Shown: positions 52,578-61,524 of the stretch, one piece after another | Layout of the letters: every line of letters starts with the position of its first letter | Position numbering within the stretch: the first letter of the stretch is position 1 | Assembly: GCA_963809485.1 (NCBI GenBank) | Contig: CAWEJX010000020.1 | Location: 864,001 to 928,000 of the forward strand | Length of the DNA stretch: 64,000 bases | Direction: 5' to 3' | From: an uncultured Acidobacteriota bacterium | Lineage (GTDB): Bacteria > Acidobacteriota > UBA6911 | The notes under the pieces: generated by a model | Told to the model about the DNA's origin: nothing | Seen by the model: the letters and a program-made list of their open reading frames with translations, nothing else | The model's database searches: none | Made by a program: the position numbers and the translations under genes

Positions 52578-53690
52578 TCAGACCAGACGGTCCCCGGCGA
52601 TTCTTGTGTCGTAGCCGCCCAGTCCCTCGAGCTCCCTGCGGAAGGAAGTGCGCCCGAGAGTATCCAGAAGGATCTGCACGCCGGGATGGCTCAGGTTCTG
52701 TTTGCGGATCACCAGGTCGTAACGTTCGCTGGCCAGGGGGATGAAGTCGAGCCCGAAGACACACGCCGCCGTCTTCGTCGCCAGGCAGCAGTCCGCGCCG
52801 CCGGTCTTGACCTGCCAGGCGGCCGGCAGGTGCCCGACGGCTATCTCTTTGTAGCCCCGAACGGCTTTGGCCGGGATTCCGGCTTTCTGCAGGTACGTAT
52901 CCAGCACCAGGCGGCTGCCGGCGCCCGGCTCACGGTTGATGATGACGACATCCTTCCGAGCCAGGTCGGAGATGTCTCTTATGTTTTTCGGGTTGCCCCG
53001 GGCCACAACGATCCCTTCTTCCCATATCGCGTAGGAGATCACGGCGACCGACCCCTTGGGGAAATGCTTCCGCACCGCGGGGAGGTTGGACTCGCCGGTA
53101 GCCTCGTCTCTGAGGTGCGATCCAGCAATATGAATCATGGATTGCTTGAGCAGCTCCAGGGACTGGGAGCTGTTCCGGTAAGCCACCACCGCTTCAACCC
53201 CCTCTCTCTGCAAATGCCTCAACAGGACGGAAATACCCGGGTCGCAGCCGGCGATCAGAAGCCGCGTGCGGTATTGCTTTTCTTCCTGGAAAAGCTGGAC
53301 CCGGCCCTTGCCCGGGCGCTTGCCGGCCTCTATAAGCACAGCATCGGCCGGCGGCAGGCTCCAGGCGGCCGGCGCCGGGAGAACTGCGACCAGCTTATCC
53401 TCAACGTGGCACAGCTGGACAGGCAGGCCGGCCTGTGGTTCCTGTTCCGCGGGCAGCAGTTCGACAGACTCCGTGCGGGCCGGCGGTTCCGTGCTCTCGA
53501 TCTGGAACAGGTCCTCCACCTTGACATCAAGGACCCGGGCCAGGTTGAGGGCAAGCAACGTGTTCGGCACGTAGGTGCCGGTTTCCATGGCGTATATCGT
53601 CTGTCGGCTCACGCCGATTTTTTTGGCCAGCTCGATGGCGCTCAGGCCGCGTTTCTGTCTGTATTGCGCCAGATTGGTGTGGACGGTCAT
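52578..53690 (-). CDS. XRE-HTH plus PBP-domain (molybdate-binding type) transcriptional regulator
   Basis: ELAKKIGVSRQTIYAME HTH; IHIAGSHL, INREPGAGSR, ERYDLV, LGGYD PBP motifs; divergent from modABC. Confidence 0.85.
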   Translation of the reverse strand: MTVHTNLAQYRQKRGLSAIELAKKIGVSRQTIYAMETGTYVPNTLLALNLARVLDVKVEDLFQIESTEPPARTESVELLPAEQEPQAGLPVQLCHVEDKLVAVLPAPAAWSLPPADAVLIEAGKRPGKGRVQLFQEEKQYRTRLLIAGCDPGISVLLRHLQREGVEAVVAYRNSSQSLELLKQSMIHIAGSHLRDEATGESNLPAVRKHFPKGSVAVISYAIWEEGIVVARGNPKNIRDISDLARKDVVIINREPGAGSRLVLDTYLQKAGIPAKAVRGYKEIAVGHLPAAWQVKTGGADCCLATKTAACVFGLDFIPLASERYDLVIRKQNLSHPGVQILLDTLGRTSFRRELEGLGGYDTRIAGDRLV

Positions 53691-53854
53691 CTCCGCCTCT
53701 TTCGAATATCGCCTTCGTGAAGGACCGGCTGCCCGAATCGCAGGGACACTGTATCACGATGTCCGGATCCCGGGGTAGCCCCGTCCGCGGTTCGGGAAAC
53801 TCCCATTTCTCCGGCGCCGAAGGCCCTTTTCAGGATGCCGATTTTAGATTACAC

Positions 53855-53872
53855 TGTCATTTTACCATGACA
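53855..53872. promoter_or_regulatory. Candidate operator palindrome
   Basis: TGTCAT-N6-ATGACA between the divergent regulator and modA. Confidence 0.45.
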
Positions 53873-53939
53873 TGGTTGGTTTGGACCTTTGCCGTGCATG
53901 GAGTCGGATGAATCCTTTGGGCCCGTCGGGCAGGTTTGC

Positions 53940-54716
53940 ATGATGAAGCTTTTCAGCGCAGCGATGCTGGCACTCGCGATGGCTTTTGCTTTGACGCCAT
54001 CCTGCGCTTCCGCTCCGGCGGGCGACGAAATCCTGGTCTCGGCGGCGATCAGCCTGAAAAACGCTTTTGAAGAAATCGGTTCCGCTTTTGAGAAGGGGAC
54101 CGGAGTCCGGGTGAGGCTGAATCTCGGAGCGTCCGGCCTGCTGCAGAAGCAGATCGAAAGCGGCGCCCCGGTCGACGTTTTCGCCAGCGCCGGGGAAAAA
54201 CAGATGGATGAACTCCAGGCCCGAGGATTCATCTTCCCCGAGACCCGGCGCAATTTCGCCCGCAACGTTCTCGTGCTCGTGGTACCGGCGGGCTCCAGGC
54301 TCCCGATCCATTCGTTCGCCGATCTTGCCAATCCAAAGGTCGAACGCGTTGCGGTCGGCAACCCCAAAACGGTTCCTGCCGGCCAGTATGCCCGGGAGGC
54401 GCTGACGAACCTCAAAGTGTGGGACAAGCTTCAGTCCCGGCTTGTGCTGGCGGAAAATGTGCGTCAGGTCATGGATTACGTCGCGCGCGGAGAAGTGGAA
54501 GCGGGTTTTGTGTATGCGTCCGATGTGCCGGCAGCGCATGGAGAAGTTTCCACCGCGGCCACTGCGCCCGAAAGCGCACACGGACCGATCTTATATCCTG
54601 TAGCCGTCGTCAAAGGGACCGGGAATCGCGGAAATGCTCAACGCTTCATCGATTGGACGATGGGCAAATCGGGACAATCGATTTTGGCAAAACACGGTTT
54701 TTCAAATCCACGGTAA
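53940..54716 (+). CDS. modA: Molybdate ABC transporter substrate-binding protein
   Basis: Signal peptide, SAAISL, GASGLL..QIE.GAP.DVFASA, VPAGQYA, FVYASD. Confidence 0.93.
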   Translation: MMKLFSAAMLALAMAFALTPSCASAPAGDEILVSAAISLKNAFEEIGSAFEKGTGVRVRLNLGASGLLQKQIESGAPVDVFASAGEKQMDELQARGFIFPETRRNFARNVLVLVVPAGSRLPIHSFADLANPKVERVAVGNPKTVPAGQYAREALTNLKVWDKLQSRLVLAENVRQVMDYVARGEVEAGFVYASDVPAAHGEVSTAATAPESAHGPILYPVAVVKGTGNRGNAQRFIDWTMGKSGQSILAKHGFSNPR

Positions 54717-54719
54717 TTC

Positions 54720-55379
54720 ATGATCTGGCCTACTCTCCGGCTTTCGCTCCTGGTTGTCAGCATCGCCACGATTTTGATCGGCGTGGCCGGAACCGCGCTG
54801 GGATTTCTGCTTGCCAAACGACAATTCCGGGGCAAGGACCTCCTGGACGCAATCCTGACCCTGCCGATGGTCCTTCCGCCGACCGTGACCGGGTATTACC
54901 TCATCCTTTTACTGGGAAGGCGCGGTTTGCTGGGAAAGCCGTTGTATGACCTGACCGGGTGGACCGTGGCCTTCACCTGGATTGCAGCCGTCATAGCCTC
55001 GACCGTGATCGCGCTTCCCCTGATGATCAAGTCCGCCCGCGCGGCCATCGAGAGCGTCAACGAAGACTATGAAATCGCTTCCCGCATCATGGGCAAGAGC
55101 GAGCTCGAAACTTTTTTCCGAATAACGCTGCCCCTGGCCGGCCGGGGGATCCTGGCAGGAATTGTTTTAAGCTTCGCGCGCGCATTCGGAGAATTCGGGG
55201 CGACCCTCATGCTGGCAGGCAACATTCCCGGCAAGACGCAAACGATGCCACTGGCTATTTATGAAGCGGTGGTATCCGGCGAAGATGCGCGGGCTAAATG
55301 GCTGGCCCTAATATTGACGGGCATATCCGTCACCGTTGTTTATATAACCAACCGGCTCTCGCGGCCGAAGAAAGGGTGA
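54720..55379 (+). CDS. modB: Molybdate ABC transporter permease
   Basis: LPMVLPPTVTGYYL, FARAFGEFGAT, GNIPGKTQTMP. Confidence 0.95.
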   Translation: MIWPTLRLSLLVVSIATILIGVAGTALGFLLAKRQFRGKDLLDAILTLPMVLPPTVTGYYLILLLGRRGLLGKPLYDLTGWTVAFTWIAAVIASTVIALPLMIKSARAAIESVNEDYEIASRIMGKSELETFFRITLPLAGRGILAGIVLSFARAFGEFGATLMLAGNIPGKTQTMPLAIYEAVVSGEDARAKWLALILTGISVTVVYITNRLSRPKKG

Positions 55380-55382
55380 AAC

Positions 55383-56468
55383 ATGCTGGACGCCCGCATC
55401 AGGAAACAGCTTGGCTCCGGCAACGGGCACACCCTGGCCATTGATGTGACCTTTAGGGCGGGCAGCGGCGTCACGGTGCTCTTCGGATCCTCCGGAGCCG
55501 GCAAAACCAGCATCCTGCGTGCCATCGCCGGTATCCTCGCGCCGGACGAGGGCAGGATCACGCTCGACGAAACAGTGTTTTTCGATTCGTCTGCCGGCAT
55601 CAACCTGCCGATGCAGAAGCGCAAGGTGGGATACGTGTCTCAAAACCATGCGCTTTTCCCGCATTTAACCGCTGAGCAGAACGTCATGTACGGCATCCGG
55701 ACGCATTCGCGGCATTCGGCGCACGAGCGTGCGCGCGAGCTTCTTGATTTGCTGGGAATCCTGAAAACAGCGGAGAGCTATCCGCATGAATTATCCGGCG
55801 GCGAGCAGCAGCGTGTCGCCCTGGCCCGCGCCCTTGCCACGGATCCCGGGATAATGCTTCTGGATGAGCCCCTGTCGGCGGTCGATATCGCCACGCGCTC
55901 CCGGCTTGGGGAGGAGATCGCCGCAGTCCAGCAGCGAACCGGCATCCCTTTCCTTTATGTGACGCACAGCCACAATGAAGCCGTACACCTGGGCAACACG
56001 ATGATTGTCGTGGACGAAGGCAAGGTCGTGCAGGAAGGCCCCCCCCTGGAAATTTTTAACGCTCCCCGGACCGCCCCTGTAGCCAGGGTGGTCGGCGCGG
56101 AAAACGTCTTTGTGGGCAAAATCCTGGGCCACCAGCCCGAAGGCGGGATAACCGAAATCGACCTGAATTCCTGCCTGATCGAGGCTCCCTATAACGGATT
56201 GCCCATAGGAAATATGATCACGGTCGGGATCCGTTCGGAAGACATTATCGTCTCCCGGGAGCGTCTCACTCAAACCAGCGCCCGGAACGTGCTGCCGGGA
56301 GTGATCCGGAACATCCTTCACGATGTGGATAAAACGGAGCTGGTCGTGGGATGCGGCGTCGACTTCAAGGTCAGCGTGACACAGGCAGCAATCCAGGCGC
56401 TGAACCTTGAAATCGGATGCCCGGTCTACCTCCTGATCAAAGCCAGGGCCCTCCACCTGCTCGCGTGA
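55383..56468 (+). CDS. modC: Molybdate ABC transporter ATPase with TOBE domains
   Basis: GSSGAGKT, LSGGEQQR, LLDEP, SARNVL.G. Confidence 0.93.
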   Translation: MLDARIRKQLGSGNGHTLAIDVTFRAGSGVTVLFGSSGAGKTSILRAIAGILAPDEGRITLDETVFFDSSAGINLPMQKRKVGYVSQNHALFPHLTAEQNVMYGIRTHSRHSAHERARELLDLLGILKTAESYPHELSGGEQQRVALARALATDPGIMLLDEPLSAVDIATRSRLGEEIAAVQQRTGIPFLYVTHSHNEAVHLGNTMIVVDEGKVVQEGPPLEIFNAPRTAPVARVVGAENVFVGKILGHQPEGGITEIDLNSCLIEAPYNGLPIGNMITVGIRSEDIIVSRERLTQTSARNVLPGVIRNILHDVDKTELVVGCGVDFKVSVTQAAIQALNLEIGCPVYLLIKARALHLLA

Positions 56469-56499
56469 AGGTCGATTGCAGGCTTTCCCCGCAAAGCAA

Positions 56500-57039
56500 C
56501 TATTGCCCGGCATTCAATCGATTTGCCAGTTTGGTGCCATCCACCAGGTTTATGCTCGTAATCCCGTAGATCTGCCTGTCGTGAGAGCCGTCGCCCAGGA
56601 CAACCAGCCGGTAGGGCGCTTCCTTGCCTGAGAGAGGCCTGCCATCAACCTCCCAGACCAGCCAGGCCTGTTGATTGCTGCCCTGCGGCATCAGCTCGGC
56701 CAGAGAAAAGAAAACGCGGTATGAGTCGTGGGCCTGGATATAGACCAGGAATGTCAGGTCGTAATGCTTGGGGGTCTTCTCGACCTTGGGTTCGGCGGCT
56801 TTGATGAGCGAGATCAGCGGGACGCCTGTCGCCATCTGCTGCTGCCCGTCCTTGCCGGCCGAAAACCTGATAGTTTGAATTTCATTGGAGAATTGCTGCC
56901 TGACGTCCGGGACAGACCATTCACGAGGCTTGAGGACGTCGCCGCGCACCGTGACGGTCGTCGGCTCTTGGGCGAGTGCATACGATACTGTGAAGAGCAC
57001 TGCTACCGCGATTTTCGACACAACAGGGAAATAGCGCAT
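56500..57039 (-). CDS. Exported protein resembling the molybdopterin-dependent oxidoreductase (sulfite-oxidase-fold) domain
   Basis: Signal peptide, VTVRGDV..P, TGVPL..L, A.DSY...FS..EL, DG.PL...P.RLVV.GD; no obvious catalytic Cys. Confidence 0.6.
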   Translation of the reverse strand: MRYFPVVSKIAVAVLFTVSYALAQEPTTVTVRGDVLKPREWSVPDVRQQFSNEIQTIRFSAGKDGQQQMATGVPLISLIKAAEPKVEKTPKHYDLTFLVYIQAHDSYRVFFSLAELMPQGSNQQAWLVWEVDGRPLSGKEAPYRLVVLGDGSHDRQIYGITSINLVDGTKLANRLNAGQ

Positions 57040-57242
57040 GGACCGGCTCCTTTTCCAATAAGCAATACCATGCCACAAATCGGTTCGGCGATCCACACCC
57101 CAAGGGAAACCCTCGATAACCTCAGGTTTGCAGGTTGTGAGGCCTAACCTCAAAATATGTTATCGGGCTTTCCAAAGGGAGCCGTTGCCGGCTGTGGATA
57201 ATTTTGGGATTCATTCCGAAAAGAGACAGATATTGAGGAGGG

Positions 57243-57782
57243 CTAATACAGCTTGAACCAGATTCTGTAGTAGTTGTTGCCGAAACTCATGAGCGGCTTC
57301 GCGTCGTCCGCCGACACAACCAAAGCTATCCAGCCTTCCAGCGAGTCGCCGGGATAAAGCCGACCGCTAAGCTCAGGCTTTGGCTGAGAAACCGCCGGGC
57401 GGTCATACTGCCTGCCTTTTTCCGAAACTGCGGCAAACTGTTCGGCCCGAATGCCATAGCTCGGACCTCCGCCTCCCTTGTCGCCGTATTCAATGCGGAT
57501 CCGTACCGCAACAAATTCCATCCCTGCTTCAGGCGGTTTGTTGGACGGATTGGCTTTCACAAGCTCCCAGGCCTTTTCGCCCCGAAGAACCTCCAGAACC
57601 GTCATTCGCGCTTCGACGCTTTCAGTTCCGGTAACATACCCTTCCCCGATCGTGATCTTGCTTTTGACCGTAGCCCCAATTGCGGCAGCTTCATTCGCCG
57701 CAGGCGTCTGCGCCTGGAGCAAGCCTGCTCCCAAAATCAGCAGAATCAACGGAAAATATGCTTTTGTCATAAGAAGTTTCAT
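57243..57782 (-). CDS. Exported hypothetical protein (DUF4352-like beta sandwich)
   Basis: Signal peptide; N.PP..G.EFVAV, LYPG.S.EGWI pattern. Confidence 0.55.
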   Translation of the reverse strand: MKLLMTKAYFPLILLILGAGLLQAQTPAANEAAAIGATVKSKITIGEGYVTGTESVEARMTVLEVLRGEKAWELVKANPSNKPPEAGMEFVAVRIRIEYGDKGGGGPSYGIRAEQFAAVSEKGRQYDRPAVSQPKPELSGRLYPGDSLEGWIALVVSADDAKPLMSFGNNYYRIWFKLY

Positions 57783-57804
57783 AAGAGTCTCGTCTCTGAT
57801 TTTC

Positions 57805-57897
57805 AGGATCAAAGGATCAAAGGATCAGAGGGAAAAGCGCAATGATGACGCTGATGCTCCCCTTTGATCCTTGATTCCTTTGATCCTTGATCCCTTT
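57805..57897. repeat. Inverted GGATCAAA-repeat element
   Basis: (ggatcaaa)2 ggatcagaggg ... ccctttgatccttgattcctttgatccttgatccc; same family as 9100-9310. Confidence 0.7.
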
Positions 57898-57900
57898 TTC

Positions 57901-59703
57901 TCAGCGTCCCGACTGGGTCAAGGTCGCCCCGGTTACCTTCTTGACCGAGTGATTAGGATTTGGGGTTGCGCCTCCGAAAAGCCAGGTATATCCAGCCGTG
58001 CCGCCGGCAACAATGATGTCGATATGGCCCGGCGTCTGAACTACCGGGATCTTCCCCCCGGGCTTCAGGGCTTCCCTGAAGACAGGAACGGCTTCGGGAA
58101 TGAACTCGCCGGCATCCAGGCTTTCATTGATGGATTTTATGGCTCGCTGGTCTGCTCGTTCATAGGGCACTTTGGACTGCTCCCAGAGGAATTTCTGCAC
58201 GTCCTTCTTGCTCATGCCCTTTTCCTTCAGCCGCCGTGCGCACTCCGGGTGCATGACCACGGTCCAGACCGAAGTCCAGACGACCGTCGTCCCTCTCAGG
58301 TTGCTGATACGCTGGATTATGCTGTCCAGGATCCCGTCTTCAGTCCAGGGTGCGACGGCGCCGCCTCCTATAAGGCCCATCGTTCCGGCCGGCACTGTCG
58401 CCGTCATGACGACGCTGTCGCCGGGTTTGTATCCCTTTTCCACTGCATAGGATTCCCAAGGGCTTTCCGGATCCTCGGCAAAGGTCCAGAAAGTATAGGA
58501 GTTTATGCGCCCGGTTCCAGCCATGTCATTGACGTCCGGCCATGTCTGCCCCATGTTCATCGTAACCAGCTGTACGGCGCGCCCGATGGTGGCATTAGCC
58601 CGGAATCCGTATCCCAGAAGACCCATGCCGGAGTTCATGTTCAACTCCTTGCCAAGCGGTCCGCTGACAACGATGGCCGGGAACGAAGACGACGTGGACA
58701 TGCGCCACCAGGTGCCGTCATATTGGGGATCCGACAGGCCTTCGACAGCGGCGATTATGGCGGGCAGGTATTCCGGCCTGGCGCCTGCCATCACGGCGTT
58801 GATGGCAATCTTTTTGACCGTGGCGGTCCCCCTGCGCGGCGGCAGCGTACCGATGACTTCAGCGGGACTGCGGCTTGTGCCGGTCAGCATCCAGGCAACA
58901 GCCTGCGGGGTCGGCGGCACAACCGGAAGCCCGTCGCTCAACTGCTTCTCCATGAAAAACTGCGTGACAGCGTCCACGGCCATGTCCGAGCTGTTTGCCG
59001 TTACCTTGAACGAATCGGGAATGGCTTCCTTCTCTTTGATTTTCGGCTTGGCCTCTTCCTGGGTAGCCGGACGGGTCAGTGCTTCGACGACCTGGTCGAA
59101 ATATTTCTGCGCCAGATCGCCGGACATCTTGGCATCGATTCTGGACCTGTACCAGTCCCTTGCAGGCAGCACCACCATGCGCAGGCCGGGCAGGCCCACA
59201 TCCTCGGCCGCCATCTTCGCATCGTGCCGGAACTGATCGGTGGTGATAAGAACTCCCGGTTTCCCGAGTTTTTCCACTCTGAACGTGTCGTGGGAACCCC
59301 ACCACGTACAGGACCCTCAATCCGCTATCGTGTAAATGAACGCATCCGCGCTCTTCGCCACCTCCACGTACCATCCGTCCGCGGAATAGATCAGCCTGCC
59401 TCCTCCCTGACCACCTTGCGGCTTGGTGGTGCGCAGGACCTTTATGCCGGGAAATTTTTGCTTCAATAATTCTTCAAAGCGGTCCTGCAAAAATACGCCG
59501 CCTGTTTTCCAGTTGTCCATCAAAGCGACTGTCTTGCCATTCAGGTCCGGCAGTCGGGGGTTGATGCCCAATGTGGGCGGGGGAATGATTTCACCCAAAG
59601 GATTGAGCACTTCCACGGTAATCGCGGCCTTTTGGGGGCCGGCCCAGGAAATGCTTACAGCTAAAAGGAGTGCTGTCAGCAGAATCACTGTCCGTATTTT
59701 CAT
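57901..59703 (-). CDS. Exported UGSC-motif selenoprotein fused to a DGLPVVPPT-type domain (600 aa, Sec at TGA 59319-59317)
   Basis: ORFs 59317-59703 and 57901-59277 are in frame and joined by TIAD-TGA-GSCTWWGSHDTFR; SECIS-like hairpin follows. Confidence 0.85.
59284..59306 (-). promoter_or_regulatory. Candidate bacterial SECIS element
   Basis: CGUG-GUGGG-guu-CCCAC-ga-CACG beginning 10 nt after the UGA; G-first apical loop. Confidence 0.6.
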
Positions 59704-59934
59704 ACCTTTGCCAATTTCCTTTCATGAACCTCAAGAACGGATCCATCTTACTCCAGACAGGTCCGGGTATAAAAACAAAACAGCCGCGATATTCCATGAA
59801 CTCTTTCGGCGATCCCACAATCCTTGCCGGGGGATTCGCGAACCCCGGAATTTGGTAACGCCGATCAACGCGGACAAAAGCGCTGAGGAACTCCGACAAT
59901 CAATAAGATAAGGTCAGAGCCAAGGCTGATGGCG

Positions 59935-60579
59935 CTATTTCTTGCCTTCGGGACGGTCATCTTCGCTCATCTTCCTGAGTTCTTCCAGCGTGTCCAGTCT
60001 CGCACTGGGATTGATCTCCTTGCCGCACCGGAAGGCGTCCCCGAGATATTCCCCGATTGCGTAATAGGCAGGACCGCTGAATACAAAAGGCCGCACTTTG
60101 GATGGATCGGGCCTGCCGTCAACCAGGCATTCTTCCGAGACAAAGGATTCGACAATTTTCCCGACTATGAGTTCATGACTTCCGAGATTGAGGATCTGCA
60201 CCACCTCACAGGCGTGGTTGATGGGGCATTGCTCAATAAGCGGCGCGTTGGGCAGTTTGCCGAAAAATACCGTGAATTTGCAGTCGCCGGCCTTGTTTAT
60301 CCGTTTGCCGGAAGCCATGCCGCAGTAATCCGTTTCCCTGACCTGACCGACCGAAGGGACATTCACGGAAAAAACCATATGCTGCCGGACGCCCTTTAAA
60401 GAGTGCCGATGGTGCTGCAGGGCGATGGTGACCGACGGCGGAACGCTGGCGGCGACACCCGTCCACGCCACCGTGGTGAAATCGGGTTGGCCCTCCACAT
60501 TGACACCTATCATGATGGTCGGGTAAACACCCAGGATCGGCAGCGGACCTGCCTTGTGCTCCAGCCTTACTTTGCCCAT
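59935..60579 (-). CDS. Flavin reductase/flavoredoxin-family protein
   Basis: TVAWTG, FSVNVPS, DYCG..SG...K, APLIEQCP...C, GSH.L.VG.IV. Confidence 0.88.
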   Translation of the reverse strand: MGKVRLEHKAGPLPILGVYPTIMIGVNVEGQPDFTTVAWTGVAASVPPSVTIALQHHRHSLKGVRQHMVFSVNVPSVGQVRETDYCGMASGKRINKAGDCKFTVFFGKLPNAPLIEQCPINHACEVVQILNLGSHELIVGKIVESFVSEECLVDGRPDPSKVRPFVFSGPAYYAIGEYLGDAFRCGKEINPSARLDTLEELRKMSEDDRPEGKK

Positions 60580-60588
60580 TTCTCCTCC

Positions 60589-60930
60589 CTAAGATCGTCT
60601 CTTTTTATTTTCAGGAATCTTTGCTTTCAGAACATCCTCCGCCCAGTCCAGCGCGGCCATCATCCTCGGAAATCCTATTGGCGCTAAAGCCAAAATTATG
60701 GCATGGCGTATTTCCGCGGGCTCCACCCCTGCATCCAGGGCTTTGCGAACCTGCGACCGCACCGATCCTTCGGTGTGAGATCCTGTAGCCACGCCCAGTT
60801 TGACCAGGAGTTGTTCCCTCTCGCTCAGCGGCCCGAACTTCCGGCATTCGGCGGCAAGGTTTTCGTAGGCCTCTGTAATCTGCGGATTCCCTTCTGCAAA
60901 CTCGCGAAACCATTCCGGGACTTTTCTCAT
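60589..60930 (-). CDS. Carboxymuconolactone decarboxylase (CMD)-family protein
   Basis: GPL..RE..LVKLG.A, EGSV.S..RKAL.AG....EI.H, IGFP..MAA..W; lacks CxxC. Confidence 0.85.
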   Translation of the reverse strand: MRKVPEWFREFAEGNPQITEAYENLAAECRKFGPLSEREQLLVKLGVATGSHTEGSVRSQVRKALDAGVEPAEIRHAIILALAPIGFPRMMAALDWAEDVLKAKIPENKKRRS

Positions 60931-61007
60931 ATATCCTCCGATTGTAGAAAGGCGCATTATATTCTATATTTGGGCCGAGCTGCAGCCCGGAACTCAAAGG
61001 AGGTTGT

Positions 61008-61421
61008 GTGAACATTCTTTTATGGCTTGTTTTGAGCGGGATCCTCCCCCTGGCCTTCGCACAAAACGGGCAGAAATATCCGGTGGATTCTCAGTCCGGC
61101 CGGGCGATCGGCGCCAGGGAAATATCTCCGGAGGAACTGAAGCGCAGTATCGGCAAGGATAAGGTTTTGATTATCGATGTGCGAGAGCCGGACCTTTTTG
61201 CCAAGGAGACGCTCAAGGGCGCGATCAACATCCCGATCGATCAGCTCCAGTCCAGGCTGAAAAGCATCCCCAAAGGTACGACTCTTTACTTTACCTGAAA
61301 CACCGGGCGCCGGAGCTCGCAGGCTGCGAAGCTCGCTGAAGATGCCGGATTCAAAACAGCGGCATTCTGTCCTTTGAAAGAGTGGAAGGAAAAGGGATTC
61401 GGGACTGAAGCCGGAAAGTAG
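61008..61421 (+). CDS. Exported rhodanese-domain selenoprotein (137 aa, Sec at TGA 61296-61298)
   Basis: IIDVREP, GAINIP; reading through TGA gives YFT-U-NTGRRS, the CxxGxRS active-site loop, then 40 codons to TAG. Confidence 0.85.
61313..61334 (+). promoter_or_regulatory. Candidate bacterial SECIS element
   Basis: GAGC-UCGCA-ggc-UGCGA-a-GCUC hairpin beginning 14 nt after the UGA. Confidence 0.6.
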
Positions 61422-61524
61422 AATACATCCGGTTATGTCCGAATGTTTGATGGCTCAAAAATGCACCCATCCATCGCTTTTATGCCATTCAGGAGCTTTT
61501 TACACCATCGCCCGGTAATTCAGG

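Noticed and set aside
53700-53840. Possible Moco/Wco riboswitch between the regulator and modA
   Set aside because: Only short GC hairpins; no recognisable consensus on either strand
52546-56520. Other TGA-terminated genes (regulator, modB, modC) as Sec read-through candidates
   Set aside because: Their domains are complete at the TGA and the downstream sequence shows no continuing motif
60589-60930. CMD protein as an AhpD peroxidase or a third selenoprotein
   Set aside because: No CxxC motif and no in-frame TGA
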